Shown: positions 12,673-25,082, counted from the first letter of the whole stretch. The stretch: DNA of 63,464 nt, filler included, from Cercozoa sp. M6MM (GCA_040357565.1; 8 parts of 8 records of this genome joined end to end with filler, not necessarily neighbours in it), one strand, 5' to 3'. Notes: generated by a model not told the origin, from the sequence alone. Program-made: numbers and translations.

Positions 12673-13584
12673 CCGGCCAGTTTTCTTCTGTTAAAATAGC
12701 GTAGTGGGTCAGTTAGTTAGTTGAGTCTTAGAGGAAGTGGTGCTGTCGTTCTGGATCTAGTACTGCCTGTACAAGTAGCGCTGCTAACTAACTGACAACT
12801 AGCACACAGCCGCACACAGCAGCAAACAAAGTTATAGCTCGTGTATACTGCAAGTTGTTCAGTTTGAGCCAAAAATACCCCTGTTCCGGTGTTCCCGATC
12901 TCGCTGAGCGCAATTAGAGGTTTAGGCACGTCTATTAGGCAGGAAATACTAGTGGAATCTCAGGACTGCCCACAAAAGTGTCACTAGTCACCGGCGCTGT
13001 GGGTGGAGAAACGCGCACCGAGTGACTGATTTTGTTTGCAAACTTGATTTTTGTTGCAGCTCGAGCACGTCGGGAGGTGTGCAACGGCTTTTGTGCAGTT
13101 TTGAGACCCCGCTGCACACGTCCCACATCTAATCTAAGCACGTTATTGCTCTGGGCGCGGCTTCTGGGCGTTTCAAGTGGGTGTGTGCAGGGTGATGGGA
13201 CGAGTGTAGTGACACTCTGGCACACCTTGGAAGGTCGAATGAATTCCGGTGTAGCCATGTGAGTGAGTGCTCGGCACGCGATTTGTACAGAAAATTGGCC
13301 CCTTCTTTCACCACGCATTGTGTGAGTTTGAGACTTGTGATACGAGAACCGACCGAACGCCAGAGTGCACTGTGCACTATAAGAACGCTTTTTTGCGCTT
13401 TGCGAAATGGTGGGTTTTCTGTGCCTGCGTTTCACACTGTGCAACACTGTCGTTTGGTGCGTCGATGCACTGTGGGAGTGGTTTCTGGGCTGCTCCGAGA
13501 GTCCGCTTCTCTTTTGTGGTTTTGTTTTTTGTTCTTTGTTTTTGGCGTCGTTTTCTGTCTTTTGTTTTGTCTTTATACAGTTAG

Positions 13585-14056
13585 GCATTCACGAGTGTGT
13601 GCACAGACTTTCCTGCGCAACCTCTTCGGGTGCCTGCGTGCACCCCGTGACAACGAGACGGCGCCGACCCCTCCTGGCCCCGGGCCGTCGTGCGAGCATG
13701 AGAAGCACCTGCTGCTGCTGCTGAACAGCGACGCGGCCGCTCGCGAGTGCTGGCGTCTGCAGCTGCAGCGCCAGCAGGAGCGAGGAGCGTCTTTCCGCGT
13801 CTGCTGGAAGCGCCGACAGCAGCAGCAGCGCCTGCAACTGCGCCAACTCGCCGTCGAAGCTGCTGCCGCCGTTCGAGAGCGGCAGGAACGACTCGAGCGC
13901 GAGCGTCTGGGGGCACTCGAGCTCGAGCGTGAGGCGCGAGTGCTGCGTCGCCCGCCGTGCGCGCGAGCTGTTCCGCCACTTGCTGGAGCTCCGGTTGCAG
14001 CACGCCATCGCCGTGCGCTGCAGCACTGCGCAGCCTTGTTCCGCCGTCGTCGCTGA
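13585..14056 (+). CDS. Hypothetical coiled-coil protein (last exon)
   Basis: Frame rich in CTG/CAG/GAG codons (RQQQQRLQLRQLAVEAAAAVRERQERLERERL) after a T-rich intron-like tract; start uncertain. Confidence 0.4.
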
Positions 14057-14244
14057 TTGCGACAAAAGGTGACACTGCCGGCACCCCTTCCCCCCGGTGT
14101 ATTTTTACACCACCTTTGCTTCTTCAACACGACTTTCAACCTTTAAGTTATTCGATTACAATCAGTTGCCAGCGTCGTTTTTCGGTTGTACTGTCCGTCA
14201 TGATGAATGTTAACAACCGAACCTAGCACGGTAGCAGCATGAGT

Positions 14245-15400
14245 TTAATCGTGCCACATCATGTCAATCACGTCAACATCTGCAACACCGACGCAGCAAA
14301 GACAAGAAAGCAATACCCAAAGGGGAGACACTTCCGCGAGCCTGCGCCAATCTAAATTGAAGACGTGGTTGCTATCATGCATGCCATATATCGCATTGGC
14401 GGCACCGCTGAGTTTGTTTCGCGCTGTGAACAGCGCCTGGCGTTTTGCTACGAGGTCGCTGCGATACTGAATATCAACTGGGGGGGGGGGGTACACCTGT
14501 AGAGTGAAAGAGATGTGCTAAGCAAAACTACCTTGCTCAAACAACTTCAACAATCTGCTCTCGCTCGCCGTTGCATTCACAGAGGAGAAAGTCTGTAAAC
14601 AGGCCGCCTCGCTCACACTGAGACACTTAAAGTCCCCGCGATAGTCCGAGCTGGCGCTGTGCGGACTCTGCCGGCTGATCCTAATGACGCACGCTTGACC
14701 GGCTTCGAGTTGCCAAGCTTCAACGTTCTTAGAATACTGAACTAACTATGCAACGAAGTCAGCTCACCGCAAGTACCGCATGATTTCATTGTCGACGCCC
14801 AAACCATCGCCGTGGCTGCCGTCGCCTCCACTGTCGCTCGTGTCTTAGGACTGATTGGAGTCGCTGTCCGAGTTGCTCAGGCTGCGTCACTGGTACCCGT
14901 ACTGTCCGAGTCGCTGCTGTCACTGGTACGTACTGCCTGAATCATTGCTGTCACTGGTGTCCAGACGCCTGAGCGTTGGTTTGCTTTAGTCGGATGCGCC
15001 GTCACAACTGGTGCAGCAGCGGCAGCAGTGACCCTCTGACATCGACGTAGTCCAGGGTCCAGCGAAGTCGCTTGGACACTGCCTTTGAGAAAAGCCAACG
15101 AAAAGAAGTGTTAAATTCAACACGAGGCCATGTGTATAGGTTTACCATGGCCGAAAGATCAGCAGGCACAGTCGATCAATGAAATGCAACATTGCTGACA
15201 CGTCACGTTTCACGAGGTCCTAATAAAAACACCCCCTGGACACAAGCATACACGCAGTGTCCGCGCAGTAAGCACTGACAGCGTGGTTACAGCTAAACTG
15301 CGTCACCGGCAGCGTCGAGAAAGAACGCATCATGGTCAGTCTGATGTCCCGGTTGGTCGGACTCTCGTCGGACGCGAACTGCTGCGACGTTAGTCATGTC

Positions 15401-15455
<55 letters not shown>

Positions 15456-16450
15456 TGTGTGTGCGTGCGTGTGTGTGTATGTGTGTGTGTGTTCGCATTG
15501 CTTGTGATAGCGATAAAGAGCCGCACAATGTGTTTCGACCTCAGCAAATGCTCAGTGTTCCAACCGGGGAAACTCGCGGCGTCGCCTCTGCGCTCGCAGC
15601 TCGTGTGTCTTTGCGAAGTTGCCATGCCATTCTTGATCGTGGTATTGCATAAACCCCACACGCCGCCGGATTAAGGCTTTCCCACGGTGGCTGTGTGCAG
15701 CGCAGCGCGCCAGTGCGCGGTAGAGTTTGCTTTCTGCGAATGACACACACACACACACACACGCACACACACACACACACACACACGCGCGCGCACGCAC
15801 ACACACACGCACACACACACACACACGCGCTTTATCGCAGATATGTTCTGCACTTCGTCACTCAAGACACCGAACGACGCCTGCCACACAGTCTGTAGCT
15901 CGAACCTCGATTGTCGCAACGAGTATCGCAGCAGAGTCACGCGACATTGAGTATTCTGCCAGTCAAGGGAGAACTGTCTCTCCCTATGGAAAACATACCC
16001 TCAATGAGAGACGGCCTGCCGCTAACGAAAGCTGCTTCACTTAGACGCAGAAGTGACAGAACTTCGTGCGACACTGACGTCAGGATAGCGAGCGCACTGC
16101 TTCGGGCATGAACTGCACATACTTTGTTTGAACTATAGAACAGATATGTAAATTAACACTCAATCTCAATCGCTTCGAAATGTGCATCGCTACTTAAAGC
16201 CATAGATCATCCGAAGCTAAAGGACTCGGTCGCTCGCGAGAGAGATGAGCGAAACTTCAGTTGTCTTCGACGGGTATCTAAGTTACAAGCCGAATTCTTC
16301 GTCCTCCCCGGCTCAAGGGCTGATATCAGGATGAAGCCCACATTCACTAAGGCGACGGATGTAGAGCGAGCAATAGTTCAGTTGTTAGCAGAACGCTTGC
16401 CCTCTCCGCCGGCTTGCTCTAACTCGATGCCCCTCCGCAGCTTGAAAAAC
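14245..16450 (-). pseudogene. Degenerate paralog of the orphan gene at 17869-21660; one exon inverted
   Basis: Same-order homologous blocks VTLLRYSLRQSRFELQTVWQ, DLVKRDVSAMLHFIDRLC, KRLRWTLDYV...SLLPLLHQL* and DNEIMRY, with in-frame stops. Confidence 0.65.
15402..15826. repeat. Inverted microsatellite pair: (TG)n 15402-15492 and (CA)n 15743-15826
   Basis: Directly visible. Confidence 0.95.
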
Positions 16451-16616
16451 AAACATATGCAAAATAAACCGACTGTGTAACTTAAACCGGTAAAACCGCG
16501 AATTTCGAACTCATGCTGGCTTCGGGCAACCCAAGAGCGTCATTTGACTCTAACAGTCACTGCATTTAGAAACTGTCTCGTTACGTATTCCTGTAGACGA
16601 CTCCAGCCTTCCCACA

Positions 16617-17344
16617 ATGCTCTTTTTGATCCATCTGCTGTTGCTCGTTGTGTCCACAGCTGCAGTTCCTTGTCGACAACGCATCAAGAACTCTGCGTTG
16701 GACGCTCGCGCTCACGAACTGTATACTCAAGGCAGAAACAGCCCCGGCTGGAACATCCGACGCACTCGCGCCCTACCTGTGTTCTCAACTTGTACCTGCC
16801 CACCAGCACAATGCGAAACAAACGACTTCAGTGCCGAGGTGGAAAAAGACGCGCGTGAATTGAGGCCTGCACAGTAATTTAATCCCCTTCGTATGTTTGT
16901 TTTGTCTGCAGGCGGCATGATGAGGTTCCACGTGGGCCAGCTGGAGCATATGGCACTCACGGAAGCGCAGACAAAACTAGCAAGTACGTATGTATCTACT
17001 GCACGTTCTCGTTTCTGTATAAGTTTACAGCGCACATGTAATGTGGTAGATGACCGTTGGCTCCGTCCGCGTCGTGGTTGGAATGCTACTCGCACACAAC
17101 AGCTAGCAGCCTTCCAACAGTGGCATGGAGCACCAGAGTGGGTTCAACCTCTCCTCGCAGCGAACTTCAATAACAACGTTAAAGCAGCTGCATGTACTTT
17201 TCCTTCAGTCGCTTCAATATACTGTCTTACCGTCATATGGCAGGGACCACTCTGAAAGAAAAACTGCAGCAATGGCGGATCACAGCGCTCAGGGAGGCCA
17301 GAGACAAACATATTGGTGTCAATATATGTGTGTGCGCGCGCGTG

Positions 17345-17393
<49 letters not shown>

Positions 17394-17403
17394 NNNNNNN
17401 NNN

Positions 17404-17451
<48 letters not shown>

Positions 17452-17748
17452 TGTGGTGAAATAAACCTTCCATTTGCTCAGATACACTACGCCAAGTCGC
17501 AGACGCAAAGTGGACCAGAGCGGACACCGTACAGTTGACGGCATACGCAAACTTCGATGGTCACGATACCTGGAAGAACAAGGTGTTCGATGATTCGTTT
17601 GAAGACAGTGTGCAGCGACATGCTGGTACCAGTAAATTAACAGTGTACAGGCACAACCAAATGATTGTATTCAGCTTTTTGTCGTACTAAAATTTACTGG
17701 CATTGTCTGTTTGTGCGCTCAGAAAGAAAGATGCAAGCATCCGATTGA
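16617..17748 (+). CDS. Secreted tandem-repeat protein (about 72-aa unit), 6 exons: 16617-16854, 16912-16983, 17050-17193, 17244-17315, 17482-17625, 17723-17748
   Basis: Signal peptide MLFLIHLLLLVVSTAAVP; all introns GT-AG and phase 1; internal exons 72/144/72/144 nt. Confidence 0.75.
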
Positions 17749-17868
17749 TTCTAGCGTAGATCCGTAGAGACAAACGACTTCAGTGCCGAAGAAAAAGACG
17801 CGCGTAAATTAAGCACTTAGGTCCCTCCGTCCTAGTACTGTTTTTACGGAAACGACGCGACTCCGACG

Positions 17869-18532
17869 TTAAGTGATATAGCGCATGATGTCACCGTCCG
17901 ACTCACTGCCACTTGAGGTGTTGGTGCTGTCGTCAGTATTGCTCGAGCTACCTGAATCACTGTCACTGTCACTGTCACTGTCACTGTCACTGTCACTGTC
18001 ACTGTCACTGTCACTGTCACTGTCACTGTCACTGTCACTGTCACTGTCACTGTCACTGTCACTGTCACTTTGGTCACGACTATGATCACGACTGGACTCG
18101 CTGACCGCAGTCTTTGTTGACTGAGCACTCCATAGCTGCATCTGTCGCAGTAGCGGCAGCAGCGACTCCTTGATTCGCTCACTAACGTACTTCAGCGTCC
18201 AGCGAAGTCTCCTGGCTCCTGGGTTCTGCCCAAAATTGCAAGACATCGTCCTCGAATTCCACAGCACAAAGAGTGCAAAAAAAAAGAAGCGATACACACC
18301 CCGCTAGTCGTGGCACAGCTCGGAAACTGCACGCACAGTCGATCGATGAGACGAATCAGAGCACACACGGCTCGTGCTGGCGCCGCCAGCAGCGTTCGCA
18401 CCATGCGGAGCACACGCGGTGACATGAAACAAGCCCTGCGCTTCAACTGCCGTCGCGCTTCACCAGGTCCTGCAGTTTCCCTTATCCACGAGTTTCAATA
18501 GTATTATAAATACATAGACCTAAATATAGATT

Positions 18533-18579
<47 letters not shown>

Positions 18580-21500
18580 TATAAATATATATAAGCCTTG
18601 TCTCAAAATAGCGCGGCACAGTCTGGGAGTAGGTCTGGGAGTGTTTCAGACCAGTCCCCAGAGTGCCTGAGACCGGTCTGAGACCGTGCTGAGACCATCT
18701 GAGACTGCTCGCTGGCAAGTGGCTATCGGTCGTTCCGATTTTGTACGGTCCCAAGGACGGCCATTTTTGCCGTTTCGGTCGGCCATTTGGACGGCTCAAA
18801 TGGCCCAATTATTAAACGAATTAGTTTAGAGCGGTCTGATTGGATGTGAAGTACGAGAGTAACCTGTATGTAACATGGAAGCACAGCTAAGCTAGCTAGA
18901 AGCGCCTGGCGAGAACGCGCGAAACAGCTGCAATTTTTGTTCCGGCGACAGGGCCTGGAAAAAGGCCGCGGCGTCGACACTGGGCGTGGATGGCGCGTCA
19001 CCAGGGGCCGCTGCAGTGCCGACAGTGGCGAAGCTTCAGGACGAGGCTGGGGTGGCAGCGGCGCTTCCGCACGTGACTGCGGCAGTGGCACTTGAGCACG
19101 AGGCTGCGGCAGCGGCATTTGAGCACGCGAGTGCCGCGGGCGCTTCCTCGACGGCTGTCCCTGTTTGCAGGCAGTAATAGCTAAACGAGAAAGACCAGTG
19201 CGTCTGTTGTACCGTTGAGTGCTGCAGATGTTCGATCACTGTCTGCATCTTTACGACCTCTTCTGGCGCGTCGTCCGGTCCTATGAAGCAATCATCTCAC
19301 CGGGTTCAAAATCCGGGCTTCTGGGCACAACAGCAAAGGACACCTGCATGAAGATTAAGTGCCACCGGCGCGGAAACGGCGCAATCGCTTCCATGTAGAA
19401 GCGCTCGCGCTCGGTAGGTGTCGCCTGCAAAAAACACATCGAAGATAGTAAATTTGACACAATGGGTAATGTCAACGGGAAGTGCAGGAAAGAGAAAGCG
19501 GGGAAGGGTTTACTCGAATCGTGGACCAAGGAAAGGGAGCAGTGTACCATCTATGCCGCCACTCGGAAGGACCTCGGCGTAGAAGACGCCTTCGTCCCTG
19601 CAAAGTCGAAGAAGAGGGATATAAATATGACTGTTTCTTACAAAATGTAGGCACATAATGATACAAACAACACTGACAACAACAAAATAAAATACGAGGA
19701 AGGTTCTGCCGGTGCAGGTCCAGGTGTACCCTGCTTTCGCTCCAGGAGAAACTGCAGCAGCACCTAGTCCCTTAGGACACTACTCTGCGCTTGCTACCGC
19801 TGTGATACAAGGCTGTCGCAGGCAGCCTCTTGGAGCGCCGACAGCAAAAATAAGCAAAGTTATTACATGGTTGTACGGCATTTGAACGACACCGATGTCA
19901 CTAGTAACCATTTTGGGGTATCTGAGCGACTTCCTGGCCTTTGGGGTAAAAGTTTGTCAAAAATCATGAAACGAGATCAGTCTCGGGGGATCAGCATCGC
20001 CAGCACCATAAAAAATTGCAATTTCTGCAGGGGCGCTAGCGAGCTGCAGGTCGTCATTTAGCCTCTGTGCTACCATGCAGGTCGTCAACTTTAATCGGGT
20101 TTACAGCGCTTGTAAAAGCGGGGGCATCGGAACCAATCGCGGTCTCAGAGTGTTCCCAAACAGTCTGGCTCGGCCGATTTATGGAATCCCCCTTAAATTC
20201 ATACTGTAGCCATACACTCAAATCGTCCGGGACTGCGCCCAGAGCGCCTCAGACCACTCCAGAGTGCCTTTGGAGCACTCTGAGACCGCATTGGCCTACT
20301 CCCAGACTGTGCCGCGCTATTATGAGACAAGGTTTATATTATACATTTAAAAATTTACCTATTTATATATACATAATATACGCATGCATCTACCTTCATA
20401 TCTATGCACATTTATTTGAATCTACAGATAGGTTAGTTTTCAAGTAAGATAAAGTAGTCCGAAAAAAGTGCGGCTGCGAGTTTTGCTCTCTCGCGCCAAA
20501 CTGAAGCGACATGAGTAGGTTGACGGCGATTTCGCAGAGATAGACGAGCAGCGAACGCAACGGCGACACCTCGGGTCGCGCAAAGTCGGTGATCATCAGA
20601 TCGGCGGCTTGTATCAGTTTACTTGTCATGGCGAGCAACTCTCTGCCCTTGCGTTTGATGTCGCCGCGACGTTGCAGGTCTGAAGGCATCAAGGACTCAA
20701 TAAACAAGAGTAGATAGTTCATGCAGTACCTTCAATGACAGGGAGACCATCAGACACAAAGTCAGTGATGATAGAACTCGCCATTAGATGAGTCGTGTCA
20801 GTGCAAGTGCTGGAGGTCACCTGTGCAACCTGGACCACCTGGACCATGGCCGTGGCACGCATCGAGTGACTGGCACGTCTCGCCAGCGACTGCCAGACAC
20901 ACGCGTATCGCAGAAACACGCGGTGCGGAAAGACGTGAACGAGAGGCAGCACACGGCCTAGTCCGTGGTCCAACTCGATGTCCTGCTCGAGACTGGTCAC
21001 GTCGAGCGAGACACCTCCACGTGGCACGCCGAACACTGAGAACAGTTGCCACACGGTGCCAGTGCCAAAGTGCGACGGATACAGCGAGTGCTGCAGCACG
21101 TTCACATGGAACCGTGCCACCTACCTTGTATACACACGTGTTAATATCAAATACACTGGAACCTGAGGAAAGAGAAGTCTCTGTTACCAAGGCTCTGTTC
21201 AACAAGTCGAAATCCAGATTTAGGTGACTCTGTCTCGTGCAAACATCTGTACCGCCCATGGTTGCAACAAAATCTCGAAACACTTGGCCGACGGGAGACA
21301 CCCCGACTCGCATTTCCGTCTTGAAGTACCGCCAGATCATGGGATCCAACAACACGTTGCCGAGATCCACTTCGACAGGTCGTGGTGTCAGAAAGGCCAC
21401 TGCACAGACATAGCTGGTATCTCACCTTTTCTCAAAAACATAGTACTGTACATTTACCAGTCAAGGCGGCAAAAACAGCACGACGTGGAACTTTTGGTAG

Positions 21501-21660
21501 CATCTCAAGACAGCGCACGATCAGTTCGGAAGAAACGCCTTTTCGTATCGCCAGATCGAAGGACAGATAGCGACAGTTCTCGAAGCTAAACGGCAGTCGT
21601 AGCGACATGGCAGCACGTGTCACAACTGCGTCGATGTAGTCCTCGTCGGTCGGTGTGTCT
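17869..21660 (-). CDS. Orphan multi-exon protein (5'-truncated by scaffold end) with a C-terminal (SD)n tract; TIR element sits in one intron
   Basis: Exon-like blocks at about 21660-21455, 21400-21190, 21120-20820, 20730-20430, 18470-18300 and 18260-17869, bounded by GT/AG. Most blocks have a homolog in 14245-16450. Some junctions uncertain. Confidence 0.55.
17957..18068. repeat. (TCACTG)n hexamer encoding poly-(Ser-Asp) on the minus strand
   Basis: Directly visible. Confidence 0.9.
18596..20332. mobile_element. Non-autonomous TIR DNA transposon (about 1.74 kb) with 38-bp terminal inverted repeats
   Basis: 18596-18633 ccttgtctcaaaatagcgcggcacagtctgggagtagg is the reverse complement of 20295-20332 (1 mismatch); subterminal tgagacc/gagtgcct motifs at both ends; TA-rich flanks; no transposase motif recognised. 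Confidence 0.85.
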
Positions 21661-21664
21661 GCAG

Positions 21665-21712
<48 letters not shown>

Positions 21713-21828
21713 NNNNNNNNNNNNNNNNNNNNNNNNNNNNNNNNNNNNNNNNNNNNTTAATTAATTAANNNNNNNNNNNNNNNNNNNNNNNNNNNNNNNN
21801 NNNNNNNNNNNNCCCCCCCCCCCGGCAG

Positions 21829-22851
21829 CTGTGCGATTACCTGGCGAGACGGCGCGACGCCGACTGCAACGACATTGGTTTTTTGTCGGCCGAGGTGAGC
21901 ACACAGAGCGGCGACACACGGCTCCTGTCGCACCTGGTCAACGACGTGCAGCACCGCATTCTGCTGGACGACAAGACTCTTCGCGACCTGCACTTCACTG
22001 AGCGAATCGCGTTGCTCGAAATGCTCGCCAACGATGCACTGCAGCGCTCGGCCTTCCGCAAGATCCAGGACGCCGAGCTCAAAGTGGCCACATCACTTCA
22101 GCAAGAAACTGTAGCCACATTTTGGTGTTTTTTCTTCTTTTGTGCGTTTATTGTGCTTTACACAGGCTGCTTTCGTGGCCGAGGTACGAAAGAGCGTCAC
22201 GAGTCGTTTGCAACGCAGCACAATAGCCGCAGATGCACTTGCTGGTCCGTTTTCGATATCTTTCTTAAGGGGGCGACTGTTATCTCGGACTGAACTGACT
22301 CAGGTGCTCTTACGGCGGCTTTACGCAAGACGCACTCACTTGTGCACTCCCAGGAGGTCTTAGACTCGTACGTGCTGCTATTGCGCTTGTTTGGGTCGGT
22401 CGGGAACGGTTGTTTTTGGGGGCAGTTTCCACTCGTTCATTCTGGAAGACGTGTCACACCGGCGAGTCGCATGGCTGCGTGACAACTGCATGCCCGAGTG
22501 GTTTGTTGGATCTCACTTGAACTCAGCAGACTCAACACACAACATTGTGTGTTTGCAGGCGAAAGCAGCTGCGGCACTTTGGCAGCGATGCGCACGAACG
22601 GCAGTACTTTGGACTGAAGGACTTCTTGTTTGTGAACTGTCCAGATGGGTGCCTCCCTGCTTTCCTTTGTTGTTAATGTTGTCGAAGGAGGTGTATCCTA
22701 AAATGCGTTTTTGTACAGCACGTGGCACTGGGGCAATGGCCGTCGCGGCGTGCCCAAGGTGCTGAGTGCGCTCGACATGCGCGTGGCGCAGCACCTCGAT
22801 CTCAAGGTCGCTCTCATCGCCTTCTACGGCCATGACCGCTATCGACGATAG
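21829..22851 (+). CDS. 3' part of a WHIM1/WSD-motif (DDT/ISWI-associated) chromatin protein
   Basis: LHFTERIALLEMLANDALQRSAFRKIQDAE resembles WHIM1; RHFGSDAHERQYFGL..LFVNCPDGTWHW...PKVLSALD...LDLKVAL resembles WSD (WHIM2/3); stop TAG at 22849-22851. Confidence 0.45.
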
Positions 22852-23299
22852 CACTCAAGGATCGTTTGTGTATATGCAGCTGGAGAAAGTAGATTAGGGG
22901 TTTGGCCCGTTGTGAGTACTGCAAATTCGATTAATCAGGTTTACGCAACGACACAGAGCTGGAAGAGACCTGCTTCTCGGGGGCTGTTACCGCAATCCTC
23001 TTTCGTCGGAGGAATTCCGTTCCACGCACGTTGCAGCTGCAGGCCGAGTTAAAGGATGGTTCCAATCGAGAGTGATGCCGCAGGTGCAGCATCATCACCT
23101 ACGTGTTCAGACAGCAACAACATGCCACCCGGGATACGGTCGGAGGAAGAGATGTACACTCAAGGAGGACGACGTGGGTGGCAAGCGCGTAACGACATTG
23201 TTTTCGAGTTCTTGGGCGAGAAACAACTTGAGCGGGATGTAGGGCATGCGGTACCGCTTCAAGTACTTGCCATGGTCTGTCCATGTGACACACGCGCAC

Positions 23300-24470
23300 T
23301 ATGAGACGAGTCTACTCATCGATAAGCGAGGTGTTGTACTGGAACCAAGTCGCGGGAAGCACGTGTTGTCGTTCAGTGCGTTATGCACGCCCGCTTCGTC
23401 CAGTCGCCTGTCTGGTCGCACATCGCGACACACAGTCTGCCACCTGCGCAGCCGTTATCAATGTTATTCAGTCAAAACAAACAAACACAAAAAGTAAAGA
23501 GTAACCTATTGGAACGCCGGTCGACGAGTCCGAAATGAATCGAATAACCGAACAAATCGACCGTGCGTGTCATGCCTTTGTTCTTTAAACCAAGGAAAGT
23601 TAAGGTAAGATAGGAGGGGGGTAAAGAAGAACCTTATTGTCATCGCCACAGTAGTACAGGTAGTCCTCGCCCTCATGCGGTAGCGGCTGTCGCCTGTGGG
23701 GGGGGGGGTAAGGGAGAGTAAAACAGGCGAGTGGAAGCATACATGGATTGTCGAACAACGTGCTGCAGACACTCGGTGTCAGTGTTGTTATCAGTCACAT
23801 CAGCAACCCTGCTCAGTGAGACTTCAAAAGCCTCCCACTGACGCACGCGTTCGCCGACACATCGCATAGCACTGCCTGCCTTGTCTACGTTGATCTGGCA
23901 GTACCTGTGGGAGAGGTAGGTAAAAGGGGTGGGGGGGGGGGTAAACTGCAGATACCGGTCAAACGCGGTGAGTGCAACGAAGCCGCTCGGCAGCACGTGG
24001 AACCGAAAGGTGTCGCTTTCCTTCTGATCACCATCACTGCTGCCACACTCGGCGATGGCACCGTCGCAACGTGCGCATAGTCGCATTGACCCAGCAAAGA
24101 AACGCACGGTATTCTGCCCGTCCGCGCGGACAAACCGCAGGCGACTAGACTGATCGCCAGTGACACAGGCCGGATGGTTGGTGACCCTGCCCTTTCGTAG
24201 ACACAACACTCGTTGCCGAAAGTCACGCACGACAGCTGTTTTCGCTTCGCACAGCGCCGCGCCGACTTGTCGTACCTTGCTCTGCGATGAAGGAAGAGCC
24301 AGGGCCAAGGCTAACAGGAAGGCTCTGTACCTGTGCATTCGGCAGCAAGCCGAGTCCGCGCGGAAACGGCACTCCGTCGCCGTTGGAGGAGAAACGCCAA
24401 CGCGCAACAGCGGGGTCATCGAGGGCACGTGCCGTCAGGTCTCGCTGAATCAACTGACCTTGACCTGAAG
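23300..24470 (-). CDS. Hypothetical protein with a fascin-like beta-trefoil domain; ends uncertain
   Basis: SDTFRFHVLPSGFVALTAFDR|YCQINVDKAGSAMRCVGERVRQWEAFEV resembles fascin-type repeats (G.VAL....R.Y...WE.F). Confidence 0.45.
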
Positions 24471-24699
24471 CTACAAAAATTCCTCACATCACAAGGACAC
24501 ATGCTGACCGGATAGGTTTTTCATCGCCCCTACCAACCATAAACTATGGGTTTTACCATCTTCCTGCAATTGTCCACGGTCGCACTTACCTCCTACTCCC
24601 TCTCCATCGAAGCGGGTATCACTGTAAGTACCGCCCGTGGACAACGCGGCCTTAATTTACCGAGCGCCGAGACGCCCTTGAGAGAGAGAGAATAAAGTA

Positions 24700-25082
24700 C
24701 GGTGCGAATTGAGCGAGTCGCCGGGTCGCGCGTTGCAGTAGTTTTACCCCCCTGTTTACCCCCTTTCTACCTCTCATTTTACTCCCCCCCCCCCCACCCC
24801 TAACTCCAGGTGGCTTGAAGTGAAAGACATGGATGTCGACGAAGATGACGTGAGTGTTATCCTCTCGCCTTTACCCCCCTTTACCCCCCTTGCCCCCTTG
24901 TTGTAGGAGCAACGTGACCACTTTAAGAGCTTGCGACTGCGTAGTTCTTGTTTACCCCCCTCGCATACCTCCTTTCCCCTCCCCTCTCTTACCTCCTTTA
25001 CCCCCTCTCTTATCTCCTTTACCCCCCCCCATGTTATGTAGTGTCGGGACGTCAGGGCGATGTGCTCGTGTCGCACAGCATG
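24700..25082 (+). CDS. Fragment of a hypothetical multi-exon gene running off the scaffold
   Basis: Short exons (WLEVKDMDVDEDD|EQRDHFKSLRL|SGRQGDVLVSHS) separated by C-rich GT-AG introns. Confidence 0.35.

Noticed and set aside
19036-19038. In-frame TGA here and at about 15003 as stop-codon reassignment
   Set aside because: RPN12 ends at the expected position with TGA, and other genes end in TAA or TAG. No in-frame stops were needed in conserved genes; these lie in decayed sequence.
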